Shown one piece after another: positions 40,394 through 51,023 of a stretch of DNA of 64,000 nt. Under the pieces are notes generated by a model. It was not told the origin of the DNA and ran no database searches. It saw nothing but the letters and a program-made list of their open reading frames with translations. Numbering within the stretch: position 1 is the first letter of the stretch; each line of letters starts with the position of its first letter. Source of the stretch: an uncultured Verrucomicrobiae bacterium. Lineage in GTDB: Bacteria > Verrucomicrobiota > Verrucomicrobiia > Chthoniobacterales > Chthoniobacteraceae. Position numbers and translations under genes: made by a program. The stretch lies in NCBI GenBank assembly GCA_963828525.1, contig CAWHEP010000012.1, forward strand, positions 1 to 64,000, written 5' to 3'.

Positions 40394-41281
40394 TCATCTG
40401 AGTAAATCTTTTAATGCTTCATCGAGCGAAGGGAACCGGAATTCAAAGTTGTGAAGCGCCGGACGCTTGGGGATTATCCGCTTATTGTCAAGAATCTCGT
40501 GGGAGAAATCCCCGAGCAATGAACTCAGAACGAAGGCAGGCGCCCGAAAGAACGCCGGCCTGTGGACTGCCCTGGAGAGAGAGCGCGTAAAATCCTCGTT
40601 GCGACAAGGGAGGGGAGCCGCCGCGTTGATCGCCCCTTCCACTGCCGCGTTTTGCAAAGGAAATAGAGCCATTGCCGCCTCGTCTTCGATGTGTATCCAG
40701 GACATCCACTGCCGTCCCGATCCAAGCTTGGCTCCCAAGCCAGCTTTAAAGGCAGGAAGCATCGCATGCAGCGCTCCTCCGTCGCAGCCAAGAACCACCG
40801 CTGTCCGGAGGAGAACAACGCGCGCGCCGCTCTCTGCCGCGCGGGAGGCTTCCCGTTCCCAGGCGGCGCACACATCCGCCAGAAACCCGCTGCCCGCTGG
40901 CGAGGTCTCATCCGTTTCTTTCTCCCCGGTGTCCCCGTAGAAGCCAATGGCCGAACCGCTCACAAGTACCGACGGCCTGGGGCTCGCGGCGAGGAGCGCA
41001 TCCACGATGCGGCGCGTACCTTGAATCCTGCTTTCCATGATCTGTCGCCTCTTTTCCTTCGTCCATAGTCCCACCACGGACTCACCGGCGAGGTGGATCA
41101 CAGCTTCGCACCCGCTCACATCGCAAGGCTGGCCAACATCAAACAGGCGGGCTTCCTCACATCCGGGAATTCCTTTCTCCGGATGCCGCGAGAAGCCGAC
41201 GACGGAGTGCCCTTCCCGCCTGGCGAGTTCGATAACTCGTTTTCCTATGAACCCGGACGCGCCGGTCAATCCAATCTTCAT
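40394..41281 (-). CDS. TIGR01777 family oxidoreductase (YfcH-like epimerase)
   Basis: TGASGFIG, HLAGE, SAIGFYG, GSGRQWMSWIH. Confidence 0.9.
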   Translation of the reverse strand: MKIGLTGASGFIGKRVIELARREGHSVVGFSRHPEKGIPGCEEARLFDVGQPCDVSGCEAVIHLAGESVVGLWTKEKRRQIMESRIQGTRRIVDALLAASPRPSVLVSGSAIGFYGDTGEKETDETSPAGSGFLADVCAAWEREASRAAESGARVVLLRTAVVLGCDGGALHAMLPAFKAGLGAKLGSGRQWMSWIHIEDEAAMALFPLQNAAVEGAINAAAPLPCRNEDFTRSLSRAVHRPAFFRAPAFVLSSLLGDFSHEILDNKRIIPKRPALHNFEFRFPSLDEALKDLLR

Positions 41282-41291
41282 AGGCTTGCCT

Positions 41292-42239
41292 TCATTTGAA
41301 TGAAGAGTAGAGCCATCTAAAAGGGAACCTGTCTCCGGGACAGTCCGTCGGCCACTGTGGCGGGTTGATGTCCCGGTGAGCTTTGACAATCGCGAAACGC
41401 CCATCGGTCTTTCCGACGCGAATGCGCAAATACCGGATCAACTCGTCCAGCGCGAGGAGTTGAGCCTGAGTCGGCGTATCACGATTAAAATCACCCACGA
41501 GACAAATGCCGAGGGCGATGTTGTTCAGGTAGTCACTATGCACGTGGCCGCCATTGATCTGCCGCTTCCATCGATCCCCAACTTCGATCTGCCCATTCCC
41601 GGAAGAGGTTCCATTTCCTATCACGAATTGATAGGCGAGACCGTTCGGCATCCTTCGCACGTTGCGGTGGTAGTAGTCGAAAATCTTCGCGTTCCCCTGC
41701 CGCGTCCCGCTGTTATGCACCACTATGTAGCGCCAGCGGTGTTTCTGCACAGGCGCGCGATCGATCTCCTCCCGCACGCCTTTGCTGATGTACCGCCAGC
41801 GATTCCAGCGTTCCCAGAAAGGAAGGGGAGGAGCGGGCGCGAGCCCTTTCTCCTGTTCGAATCCGGACTTTTCGATCATCACAGGCGCGGCCTGGCGAGG
41901 TGGCGGTGTTGGCGCAGGGGTGGCTGAGGGCGCCGGGGTTCGCCTCTCCGGCGTGGGCGTGGGCGCTGGCGTTGCGCGCGACTCCTCTTCAACCGGGCGC
42001 TTCCGCTCCGTCTTTGGCGTCGCCGGAGTCGGCGCTGGCGCCGGATGCCGCTTTGCCTTAGGCTTGGCCTTTGGAACTGCTTCCGCCGTCGGCGTGGGGC
42101 TGGAAACTGTCTGCATCTCCTCGCGCGCCTTCAGAAACATCTGCTTCTTTTCCTCGTCCGTCACCCCCCCAGCGTTCCCCATCGGGAAAAGCGTGATGGC
42201 GGCTTGCACCGCCGCAAAGAGAATCATACTGCGCCGCAC
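41292..42239 (-). CDS. N-acetylmuramoyl-L-alanine amidase (Amidase_2) with signal peptide and Pro/Thr linker
   Basis: YIVVHNS, AYQFVIGNG, GICLVGDF, HRDI, TDCPG. Confidence 0.85.
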   Translation of the reverse strand: MRRSMILFAAVQAAITLFPMGNAGGVTDEEKKQMFLKAREEMQTVSSPTPTAEAVPKAKPKAKRHPAPAPTPATPKTERKRPVEEESRATPAPTPTPERRTPAPSATPAPTPPPRQAAPVMIEKSGFEQEKGLAPAPPLPFWERWNRWRYISKGVREEIDRAPVQKHRWRYIVVHNSGTRQGNAKIFDYYHRNVRRMPNGLAYQFVIGNGTSSGNGQIEVGDRWKRQINGGHVHSDYLNNIALGICLVGDFNRDTPTQAQLLALDELIRYLRIRVGKTDGRFAIVKAHRDINPPQWPTDCPGDRFPFRWLYSSFK

Positions 42240-42325
42240 CCCCCGGATGGTAGGGAGCCCAGCGGAAAATTCAATGAATGACGCAGCTTTCCTTTTGGTC
42301 GCCTTCCTGTCTAGGCTCGGAGTGA

Positions 42326-43442
42326 ATGGCTCATAAAATTCTCATCCTCACCGCGGGCTTCGGTGAAGGGCATAACACCGCCGCCAAAAATGTCCGCGAC
42401 GCCCTCCGGGCCTCGATTAGCAACGAGGTTCAGGCAGATGTCTTCGACCTCTTCGAAATTTGCTACGGACGCCTGAACGACTTCAGCCGCAAGGCATATC
42501 TCACGGCCATCAACCGGACGCCTCGGGTGTGGCAGAAGATTTACGAACTGCTGGATACCACCAGGATGCTGGAAATGAATCTGCCCACATTGGGCAGAAT
42601 GCGCCGTCACTTGCGCAAAATGATCCACGAAGAAAAGCCGACCGTCATTGTCTCCACATACCCACTCTATAGCTTTCTCCTGGAACAGCTCTTCCCCGCG
42701 GGAGCGGAGCGGGGGTTCATCTTCTCGACGGTCGTCACGGATTCCATAACGATCAATTCTGTTTGGCATCGCGCCCCCAGCGACTTTTTTTTGGTGCCGA
42801 ACGAGCAAACGGCCGAGGTCATGCGCGGCGCTGGAGTCGCGCGGGAAAAAATCAAGAGTACTGGGCTTTCCAGTCACCCCTCGCTTTGCATCCGCGACAG
42901 CCGTCCGCGAAGATCCTTCACCCGAGAACTTGCCGCGCGTTCTCTTGATGATCAATTTCGGCAGGAGGGAGGCCCCTGCGCTTTTACGAAAGCTTCTCGC
43001 GATCCCGAACGTCCGTTTCACCGTCACCGTGGGACGCGACACGGCGCTCCATGCAGACATCCTCGAAGTCGCCAGAGAGATGAAACAGACGGTTGAGGTG
43101 TTTGGCTGGACGGACAAGATGCCCGATTTATTGATGAGCCACCACCTCGTCATCAGCAAGGCAGGGGGCGCCACAGTGCAAGAAACAACAGCCGCGAAAA
43201 CGCCGCTCATTATCAGCCAGGTGGTGCCCGGACAGGAGGAGGGGAATGCTCAGCTCATCGTTGAAAATGATTGCGGCAGAGTTGCCACGTCCCATCAGGA
43301 TATAGTGGCAGCAGTCAAAGACGCGTTCTCCGAGGACGCGCTCCTCTGGAAGAGATGGCATGCGAATCTGGCAAAAATCAGCAAGCCCTCCGCCGCCCTC
43401 GAGATCTCCGAATTCCTGTTGGGCGCGGCGGGGGCTGCCTGA
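42326..43442 (+). CDS. MGDG synthase / UgtP-like glycosyltransferase (frameshift near 42870)
   Basis: GFGEGHNTAA, VSTYP, VVTD, SKAGGATVQE, PGQEEGN. Confidence 0.85.
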
Positions 43443-43451
43443 TGCGGCGCT

Positions 43452-44132
43452 CTAGCGCTGCCGCTCTTTCATATCCTCCTCGGCAACGAGGGAGGTGAGG
43501 GGAGCAGCCGCGTCCTTTAGCTCTTCTTCTGAGGCGAATCCCCCGCTCGTGGCGCGAAGGCCCCTGACCTTCCGGGAAGTGGAGTAATGCGAAGATATTG
43601 TACCGATAGGGCTCGCCTCGTATGTCGAAGAATTGACCGAAGCAATACCGATTTGGGCAGCTGTTGCGATGGCGTCCTGGTTGGCGCCCAGAAACAGGAA
43701 CGTCCACTTGTACACCTCTGTCTGGTGCTTTATGCGATCAGCGATGCATCTCCACGTAAATCGCCGGGAGGCGTTTTCCAAACCATCCGTAAAGATTGCG
43801 ACAATCACCTGAGCGGGCCGGGTCGCCTCGGATAGCGCGGAGAGCTGACTTCCGAGTTCATCGATCGTCTGGCCGATGGCGTCCAGAAGCGCGGTGCTAT
43901 TCCGGGGAACGTAAGTCTCCTTTGTAAGGGGCGTCACCTCAAGGATGGGGATTCCTCTTACCGGCACGAGGTATTCGTCGTCAAACAGGACGAGCGTCAG
44001 CTTCGCAAGTCCTTTCACCTGCTGCTGATCGTGTAGGAACGTGTTGAATCCGGAGATTGCCAACTCCGCGCACCCCTCCATCGACCCGGATCGATCCATT
44101 ATAAACGCGATTTCTGAGTAGTTATTATTCAT
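43452..44132 (-). CDS. Stand-alone vWA domain protein
   Basis: MIDAS DRSGSM, TALLDAIG, FTDGLENASR, FLGANQDA. Confidence 0.85.
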   Translation of the reverse strand: MNNNYSEIAFIMDRSGSMEGCAELAISGFNTFLHDQQQVKGLAKLTLVLFDDEYLVPVRGIPILEVTPLTKETYVPRNSTALLDAIGQTIDELGSQLSALSEATRPAQVIVAIFTDGLENASRRFTWRCIADRIKHQTEVYKWTFLFLGANQDAIATAAQIGIASVNSSTYEASPIGTISSHYSTSRKVRGLRATSGGFASEEELKDAAAPLTSLVAEEDMKERQR

Positions 44133-44253
44133 TCACTTATTATAAAATTTGAGGGGTGTAAGGCGAGTCTTAAAGAGCGTGAAACGAGGATAATTTCGCT
44201 ATTTCTTGAACCGAAATGCGGCTCCGGTTTATAGTGCCCGCCACCCCCTTCTT

Positions 44254-45466
44254 ATGCCGAAAAAACTGACCGATACAGACACCGCTACGATTGCCGCCAG
44301 CCTTGACGCCTTTTCCATAGAAACCCCGAGTTGGGGTTATGCCGACACAGGGACGCGTTTCGGGAAATTCTTCCAGGACGCGGCAGCGATAAACTCCGCG
44401 GACAAATTCGCGGACGCCGCTCAAACTCACCTTTATACCGGGTGCTGTCCGACGGTTGCCGTACACGTCCTCTGGGATTTCGTGAAGAGGCGAGAGCGCC
44501 AGCGGCGTAGCGGCGGCTGCCGCGAAACACGGTATTCGGATCGGCTCAATCAATCCCAACGTGTTCCAGGATCAGATTTACAAATACGGCTCTTTCGGAA
44601 ATGTGAAGGCAGATGTCCGTGACGCCGCGCTCCAGCACATCAAAGATTCCATCGAGATCGGAAAGGAAGTGGATAGCTCCCTCGTATCCCTCTGGTTTGC
44701 CGATGGGACCAACTACCCGGGCCAGGCGAATATCCGGGAGAGAAAACATTTTTTCGAGCAGGCTCTAAAGCAGGCGCACGACTGGCTGGGCCAGGAGCAG
44801 CAACTCCTCGTCGAATACAAGCCCTTCGAACCGGCATTCTATCATACCGACATAGCTGATTGGGGCATGGCCTACCTCCTCGCGAAAAAGGCGGGGCCGA
44901 AAGCCCGAGTGCTTGTGGATACGGGCCATCACTACGGTTCCCAGAACATTGAGCAGATCGTCGCCTGGCTGCTGGATGAGGACATGCTCGGTGGATTCCA
45001 TTTCAACGACCGCCGCTACGCTGACGATGATCTCACGCTTGCCTCCATCGACCCATATCAAATATTCCGAATCTTCCACGAAATCCTCACGTATGCGTGG
45101 GAGAAGGGGCAGCCTCCCCGGATCGCTTACATGATTGACCAGTCCCATATCGATAAGCCGAAGATCGAGGCAATGATCCAATCGGTCACCGCGGCGCAGG
45201 AACTGTATGCAAAGGCGGCGCTTGTTGATCGGGAGGCCCTGAGAGGCTTCCAGCAGAAGGAACTGCAGATTGATGCTGAAGAATGCCTGCGCGACGCCTT
45301 CTTCACGGATGTGCGCCCCGCGTTGGCCGCGTGGCGCCGCGCTCATTCGCTCGCCGAGGATCCCTTGCTGGCGTTTCGCGCCAGCGGCTATGAAGAGCGT
45401 GTTGCGTCCGACAGGAAGGCGCGGCGGGTGGCGCTGGGCATCTCGTCTGCCGCCGCTTACGCTTAG
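44254..45466 (+). CDS. L-rhamnose isomerase-like (RhaI / xylose isomerase family), frameshift near 44480-44560
   Basis: IETPSWGYADTGTRF, WFADGTNYPGQ, EYKPFEP, VDTGHH, FHFNDRRYADDDL. Confidence 0.82.
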
Positions 45467-45577
45467 CCCGAGCGCGTCCCTAAGATTATCTTGCGCTCAC
45501 GGCCTCCTTCACTGGACTATTCGCGCCGTGCGCCACTGTCCTGTCCCTTTTGAACACCGGAAGCCGGCGACTACTCT

Positions 45578-47116
45578 ATGAAGATCACCCGCGCTCTTAT
45601 CTCTGTTTCCGACAAAACGGGCTTGGTTGAGTTTGCGAGGGAACTGGTCCGCCTGGATGTTGAGTTGCTCTCCACAGGGGGAACGGCTGCGCTTCTGAAG
45701 AAAGAAGCCATCCCGGTCACCGAGGTGGCGGATTTTACAGGCTCACCCGAGATTCTCGACGGCAGAGTCAAAACTTTGCACCCGAAAATTCACGGCGGGC
45801 TGCTTTACCTGCGGGACAACGAAGACCACATTGACCAGGCGAAGGCGAACGGGATCTTGCCGATAGATCTCGTTGTGGTGAACCTGTATCCTTTCCAAGC
45901 CACCGTCGCGAAGCCGGGCACCACTCTCGAGGAAGCGATAGAGCAGATCGACATAGGCGGCCCTTCCATGCTGCGCAGCGCGGCAAAAAACTATCGTTCC
46001 GTTACAGTCCTGGTCGATCCCGCCGACTACTCCGACGCGCTTGCTAACATTCGCGACAACAATGGAGAGACCACTTTGAAGATGCGCGAGAGACTCGCCA
46101 TCAAGGTGTTTGTCACGACGTCCGGGTACGACGCAGCGATCGCGAACTACTTCAACGAGGAACAGGAGACAACATGTTCGTTCTCCGTTTCCCTCCCCAT
46201 CGCCGCCCGCCTTCGCTACGGAGAGAACCCGCATCAACAGGCGTCACTCTACGGACGTTTCGACGAGTATTTTCAGAAACTCCATGGAAAGGAGCTTTCC
46301 TATAACAACATCATAGACATCACGGCCGCGTCCGACCTCATCGATGAGTTTTCACAGCCGACGGTAGCGATCCTGAAGCATACAAATCCGTGCGGAGTTG
46401 GCTCCGACGCGGATCTCAAAGCCGCCTGGTTGAAAGCGTTTGCCACTGACAAGCAGGCCCCGTTTGGGGGGATCATCATTTGCAACCGTCCTGTTACGGA
46501 GGCGCTCGCTCGCGCCATCAGCGAAATTTTCAGCGAAGTCATTATCGCTCCTGAGTTTGAAGCCGAGGCGCGCGTGCTCCTGCAGAAAAAGAAAAATCTG
46601 CGCCTCATGCGCAAACTCCAGCCACCGAAGCTGGAGGAAGAGCACCTTGAAATCCGATCCGTTATCGGTGGCGTCCTCGTTCAGGACAGCGACCCGTTGG
46701 CGAACAATGATCTTGGGAACCTCGAAAGCAAGGTCATAACCGAGCGCCCGCCCACGCATGACGAGATGCGGGCGATGATATTTGGTTGGAAGGTGGTGAA
46801 GCATGTAAAGTCGAACGCCATCGTCTATGCCTCAAAGGACAGAACACTGGGTATCGGGGCTGGTCAGATGTCGCGCATCGACGCGTCCCGCATCGCCATA
46901 ATCAAGGCTCACGACGCTGGTTTATCGCTCGTCGGAAGCGTTGTCGCGAGTGACGCGTTCTTTCCATTCGCCGACGGATTGACAGCGGCGGCTGAAGCAG
47001 GAGCAACCGCGGCGATTCAACCCGGGGGCTCTGTAAAGGACGCGGAAGTCATCGCCGCGGCCAACGAAAAGAAAATGGCAATGGTTCTGACGGGAGTGCG
47101 CCACTTCAGGCACTGA
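45578..47116 (+). CDS. purH: Bifunctional AICAR transformylase/IMP cyclohydrolase
   Basis: ALISVSDKTG, GRVKTLHPKIHGG, IDIGGP, RYGENPHQ, SDAFFPF, RHFRH. Confidence 0.97.
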   Translation: MKITRALISVSDKTGLVEFARELVRLDVELLSTGGTAALLKKEAIPVTEVADFTGSPEILDGRVKTLHPKIHGGLLYLRDNEDHIDQAKANGILPIDLVVVNLYPFQATVAKPGTTLEEAIEQIDIGGPSMLRSAAKNYRSVTVLVDPADYSDALANIRDNNGETTLKMRERLAIKVFVTTSGYDAAIANYFNEEQETTCSFSVSLPIAARLRYGENPHQQASLYGRFDEYFQKLHGKELSYNNIIDITAASDLIDEFSQPTVAILKHTNPCGVGSDADLKAAWLKAFATDKQAPFGGIIICNRPVTEALARAISEIFSEVIIAPEFEAEARVLLQKKKNLRLMRKLQPPKLEEEHLEIRSVIGGVLVQDSDPLANNDLGNLESKVITERPPTHDEMRAMIFGWKVVKHVKSNAIVYASKDRTLGIGAGQMSRIDASRIAIIKAHDAGLSLVGSVVASDAFFPFADGLTAAAEAGATAAIQPGGSVKDAEVIAAANEKKMAMVLTGVRHFRH

Positions 47117-47141
47117 CCCGCCCGCTGCCCACAGAATACCC

Positions 47142-47861
47142 TCAGGGCTCGTCGCGGAAACGGCGGTCGAAGGTCCGATGGCCGGTGAAGAACTGCTCTA
47201 CATTCGCGCCTGCCCGGTGCAACACCTTGTCGATCTTGTGTCCCACATTGTCACGGTCTGGATCATCGCCGCCGTTGTCGACCTCCGTTGGAGGAGGCGG
47301 CGGCGCATACGCGCCAGACGGTTCATCTTCGATCACCGTGCGGCGCGTGGTGGTTTCGTGATGCAACACCGTGCCATTGTCGGCTGAGATACGCACCGTC
47401 TTCAAGATGCGCCCGTTGGCGTCCTTTAGGTTAACAAGCCACACAGGCGCTCCGGTCTCATCGTCCGCGCGAAGCGTATAATCGACCCGCTCAAAACCGA
47501 TTCCCGCCTTTACAGCCTCTTGGTTGGCCACCGTGAATACCCCCGGAGAGTCAAGGTTAAGTCTCTGGAAGTTCATCACAACATTCGCGCCGACATAATG
47601 GCGCATGGGCGTGTGCTCAGAAACGACATGCCCTTTCGAAACCTCGATCTCGCGCAGCCCGCCTCGGGCGGATTGATCGTCCAGAAGGATTCTCCAGGTG
47701 GATGGTTGCGGGGTGCCGTCATGGCCCGCCACTTCGACAACCTTGTTCAAAATCTCGTTCCCTCGCTGGTTTCCGAGAGAGCGCAGAGCCTGGTAGGCGG
47801 ATTCCCGTCCCTGGCAAATCAACGGAGACAAACAGAGCAAGATTAACCACGCGCGTTTCAT
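47142..47861 (-). CDS. Hypothetical secreted protein (PepSY-like motifs)
   Basis: Signal peptide; PVWLVNL...VRISADNGTVL. Confidence 0.55.
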   Translation of the reverse strand: MKRAWLILLCLSPLICQGRESAYQALRSLGNQRGNEILNKVVEVAGHDGTPQPSTWRILLDDQSARGGLREIEVSKGHVVSEHTPMRHYVGANVVMNFQRLNLDSPGVFTVANQEAVKAGIGFERVDYTLRADDETGAPVWLVNLKDANGRILKTVRISADNGTVLHHETTTRRTVIEDEPSGAYAPPPPPTEVDNGGDDPDRDNVGHKIDKVLHRAGANVEQFFTGHRTFDRRFRDEP

Positions 47862-47996
47862 GGGGCAAGAATCGGGGCTGTGCCCTCACATTTCCAGAAT
47901 ATTTTCCGCGTTATCTCGCCATCATCGCGCTTGCGACCTATTCTGCTCGCCCTTCGCGTCAGCCGCGTTTAGAATGACAGCTCGGAATCTCTAAAA

Positions 47997-49262
47997 GTGG
48001 ACATCGAGAGTCTTCAGCACCAGATCGGCGTTTACAAAGGACTGGTTGAGGTTGGCGCGCTCATCAACTCGATCACGGTTCTTGACGACCTCCTGCCCGA
48101 AATTCTTGATGTCGCCCGCCGCGTTATGCAGGCCGAGGCCAGTTCTCTCTTTCTCGTGGATGACAAGGGTGACTTATGCCTCGCTGTCGCTCGCAACTCT
48201 GAAGGCGGGACCCCTGCCGCCCGCGTTACTGTTCCTCGCGGACGCGGCATCGCGGGTTGGGTGCTTGAACATCGCTCTACCCTGCTGGTTCCAGATGCCT
48301 ATAGCGATCCTAGGTTCTATTCCGACGTGGACAAGAAAAGCGGATATAAGACTCGGTCCATTCTCTGCGCGCCACTTTTGACCGGCGACACGGAGATCGG
48401 GGTCCTTCAAGTTCTGAATCCGATCCGCAAGGATGCCTTCGGCGATTCGGACATCGATCCATTCAACGCTTACGCGAATCTTTGCGCAATCGCGATAGAC
48501 AAACTTCGCGCCATGGATCGCCTTCGCGCCAGCGAGTTGGCCGATCAGCAGCTTTCCCTTGCGCGTGAAATCCAGAACAGTTTCCTCCCGCAATCACTGC
48601 CGGAGCTGCCCGCGCTCAGCTTCGCCTCAATGTATCGCCCCGCTCACAATGTAGGGGGTGACTTTTATGATGTGTTGCAATTGGGCGAAGATGAAATTTA
48701 TTTTGTCATTGGAGACGTATCTGGCAAAGGCGTCCCGGCCGCTCTTATGATGGCGCAATCGCTTAGCCTTTTCCGGCAGACGGTAAAGCCTGGCATCCCT
48801 CCCGGGGAGGTGCTTTCGAAGTGGAATGTGGCGCTATTCGGTCATACCGTTCAGGGCATGTTTATCACGGCGACTGTGGGCAGGATCATCCCTTCTTCTC
48901 ACAGGGTGGATCTCGCCACAGCCGGGCACTGCCCGCCCTTCCGTGTCCGCCCCAGCGCGGATGCCCAGGAAAGGAGAGTAGCCGCGGGTCCTCCGCTCGG
49001 GATCCTGGATGATGTGCGCTACTCGTCGGAGGAAGTTGCGCTGGAGCTCGACGATTGGCTTGTTTTCTTCACTGATGGGTTGATTGAGTCGTTTGACTCG
49101 GCGAACGCGCTTCTGCAGAAAGCGGGCGTTCAGTCCCTGCTCGCTCATCGCTTCGGGTCAGCCAGGGAGGTTGTAAACGCGCTCGACCAAGGCGAAGCTG
49201 CGCATAGGCAGGCAGTCGAGCCGCACGATGATCTCACCGTCCTCGTTTTTGGTTTCCGATGA
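47997..49262 (+). CDS. GAF + PP2C (SpoIIE/RsbU-type) phosphatase
   Basis: GRGIAGWV..SGYKTRSILCAPL (GAF); VGGDFYD, GDVSGKG, FTDG, DDLT. Confidence 0.9.
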   Translation: MDIESLQHQIGVYKGLVEVGALINSITVLDDLLPEILDVARRVMQAEASSLFLVDDKGDLCLAVARNSEGGTPAARVTVPRGRGIAGWVLEHRSTLLVPDAYSDPRFYSDVDKKSGYKTRSILCAPLLTGDTEIGVLQVLNPIRKDAFGDSDIDPFNAYANLCAIAIDKLRAMDRLRASELADQQLSLAREIQNSFLPQSLPELPALSFASMYRPAHNVGGDFYDVLQLGEDEIYFVIGDVSGKGVPAALMMAQSLSLFRQTVKPGIPPGEVLSKWNVALFGHTVQGMFITATVGRIIPSSHRVDLATAGHCPPFRVRPSADAQERRVAAGPPLGILDDVRYSSEEVALELDDWLVFFTDGLIESFDSANALLQKAGVQSLLAHRFGSAREVVNALDQGEAAHRQAVEPHDDLTVLVFGFR

Positions 49263-49666
49263 AGCGGAAAATTGAATTTGCCAGCCACCCCGGCAATCTC
49301 TGTCTTGTCCGGAGTTTCGTTCGGGATTTTCTCCTGAGTTGCTCTTTCCCGGAGCGGGAGATCGATCTCATCGTTCTTGGGTTGGACGAAGCTTGCACGA
49401 ATGTCATACGCCACGCCTACAAGCATGAGGAGACGAACCTCATGACGCTGACCTGTGAAAAGACGGCTGCCGGAATCCGTTTTCGGCTGCGGGACTTCGG
49501 GATCCATCCTGACCCGGCGCGCATTAAGCAGAAGCCCCTGGATTGCGCGCAACCTGGCGGCCTCGGCTTGCATCTTATTCGCAAAGCCTTCGATAAAGTC
49601 AGCTTCAACACAAAAAAGCGAGGGACGGAGCTCGTGCTTGCGAGAAAAGCCGAATGCGAGGCGTGA
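49259..49666 (+). CDS. RsbW-like anti-sigma factor / Ser kinase
   Basis: LDEACTNVIRHAY, DFG, GGLGLHLI; ATGA overlap with the phosphatase. Confidence 0.88.
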   Translation: MKRKIEFASHPGNLCLVRSFVRDFLLSCSFPEREIDLIVLGLDEACTNVIRHAYKHEETNLMTLTCEKTAAGIRFRLRDFGIHPDPARIKQKPLDCAQPGGLGLHLIRKAFDKVSFNTKKRGTELVLARKAECEA

Positions 49667-49726
49667 GTCTTCCCGGCAAGCTTTAAAACTGATTCCATAT
49701 TCGGAATGAGTTGCTAGATTGCCGCC

Positions 49727-50602
49727 GTGGATTCAATCGAACCGGCAATTGGCATTATTGGAGGCAGCGGCCTGTATCAGATCGATGGCCTGACAGATCA
49801 GGCGGAGTTATCTGTGGATACTCCCTTTGGCGCTCCGTCGGATCTGATCGTCGGGGGCAGGGTTGCGGGCAGGCAGGTTTATTTCCTTCCTCGCCACGGT
49901 AGAGGGCACCGCATCATGCCGCATGAGCTGAATCACCGGGCTAACATTTACGCGCTGCGCTCTCTGAACGTGCGGTGGATCGTGTGCGTCACCGCCGTGG
50001 GCAGTCTCCAGCATCAGTACCCTCCGGAGAGCATCGTCCTGCCGTCGCAATTCTTTGACCGCACGAGCGCCCGCGCTGAGCACAGCTTCTTCGGAGGGGG
50101 AATTGTCGCGCACGTGGGCTTTGCGGATCCCACCAGCGAGCGCCTGCGCGGCATCCTCTACGAAGCCTCGGCCACGCTTGGTTATACCGTGCATAACGGC
50201 GGCACCTACGTGAATATGGACGGCCCCGCGTTTTCCACACGCGCGGAATCGGAAACGAATCGCAAGCTTGGCTTTGATGTCATCGGCATGACAAACCTTG
50301 GCGAAGCGAAGCTCGCCCGCGAGGCTGAGATCGCTCTTGCCACCCTGGCGATGGTTACCGATTACGACTGCTGGAAGGTCGAGGAGGAACCCGTGACAGC
50401 CCAGACCGTCATCGCTCACCTTCTCGCGAACGCCGCTTCTGCGAAACGGATCCTTCAGGACGTCATTCCGCGCATCCCGCTTAAGCCGGACTGGCCCGAG
50501 CACCGTTCTCTCGATTGCGCTCTCGTTACGGATCGCTCGCTCTGGCCGGAGCAGACGGCCAATAAGCTCCGCGCGATTTTGGGCCGCTTCCTGGCGGCTT
50601 GA
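49727..50602 (+). CDS. mtnP: S-methyl-5'-thioadenosine phosphorylase
   Basis: GIIGGSGLY, TPFGAPS, RHGRGH, GPAFSTRAES, VIGMT, TDYDCW. Confidence 0.93.
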   Translation: MDSIEPAIGIIGGSGLYQIDGLTDQAELSVDTPFGAPSDLIVGGRVAGRQVYFLPRHGRGHRIMPHELNHRANIYALRSLNVRWIVCVTAVGSLQHQYPPESIVLPSQFFDRTSARAEHSFFGGGIVAHVGFADPTSERLRGILYEASATLGYTVHNGGTYVNMDGPAFSTRAESETNRKLGFDVIGMTNLGEAKLAREAEIALATLAMVTDYDCWKVEEEPVTAQTVIAHLLANAASAKRILQDVIPRIPLKPDWPEHRSLDCALVTDRSLWPEQTANKLRAILGRFLAA

Positions 50603-50696
50603 AAGCCGTTACGCGCGGGTCCTGGTATTGTCGCTATTTTTCCCTTGTCACACTGGTTCCCGTGTGAGACCTTCCAAACTCTTTTCGAAAGGCACA

Positions 50697-51011
50697 ATGG
50701 CATACGCAATCATCAAAACGGGCGGTAAACAGTACCGCGTCTCAGAAGGCGACCTCATCGAGGTCGAGAAACTGGATGTCGAACCCGGCACGGAAACAAC
50801 CTTCTCCGAGGTTCTCATGTTCGCCGATGGCGCGAAGATTCAGGCAGAGGCAGGCGGCCTTGGCGGCGCGAGCGTTGTTGCTGAAGTCGTAGCTCAAAAG
50901 AAGGCGCCGAAAGTGATCGCCTTCAAATTTCGCCGCCGCAAAGGTTATCACCGCACGGTTGGGCATCGCCGCAAAGTAACCCAGCTACGCATCAAGAGCA
51001 TCACGATCTAA
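50697..51011 (+). CDS. rplU: 50S ribosomal protein L21
   Basis: YAIIKTGGKQYRV...GHRR. Confidence 0.97.
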   Translation: MAYAIIKTGGKQYRVSEGDLIEVEKLDVEPGTETTFSEVLMFADGAKIQAEAGGLGGASVVAEVVAQKKAPKVIAFKFRRRKGYHRTVGHRRKVTQLRIKSITI

Positions 51012-51023
51012 GGAGCAACTCGT

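Noticed and set aside
41860..42100. PAPTP/ATPAP repeats
   Set aside because: Low-complexity linker within the amidase, not a DNA repeat element.
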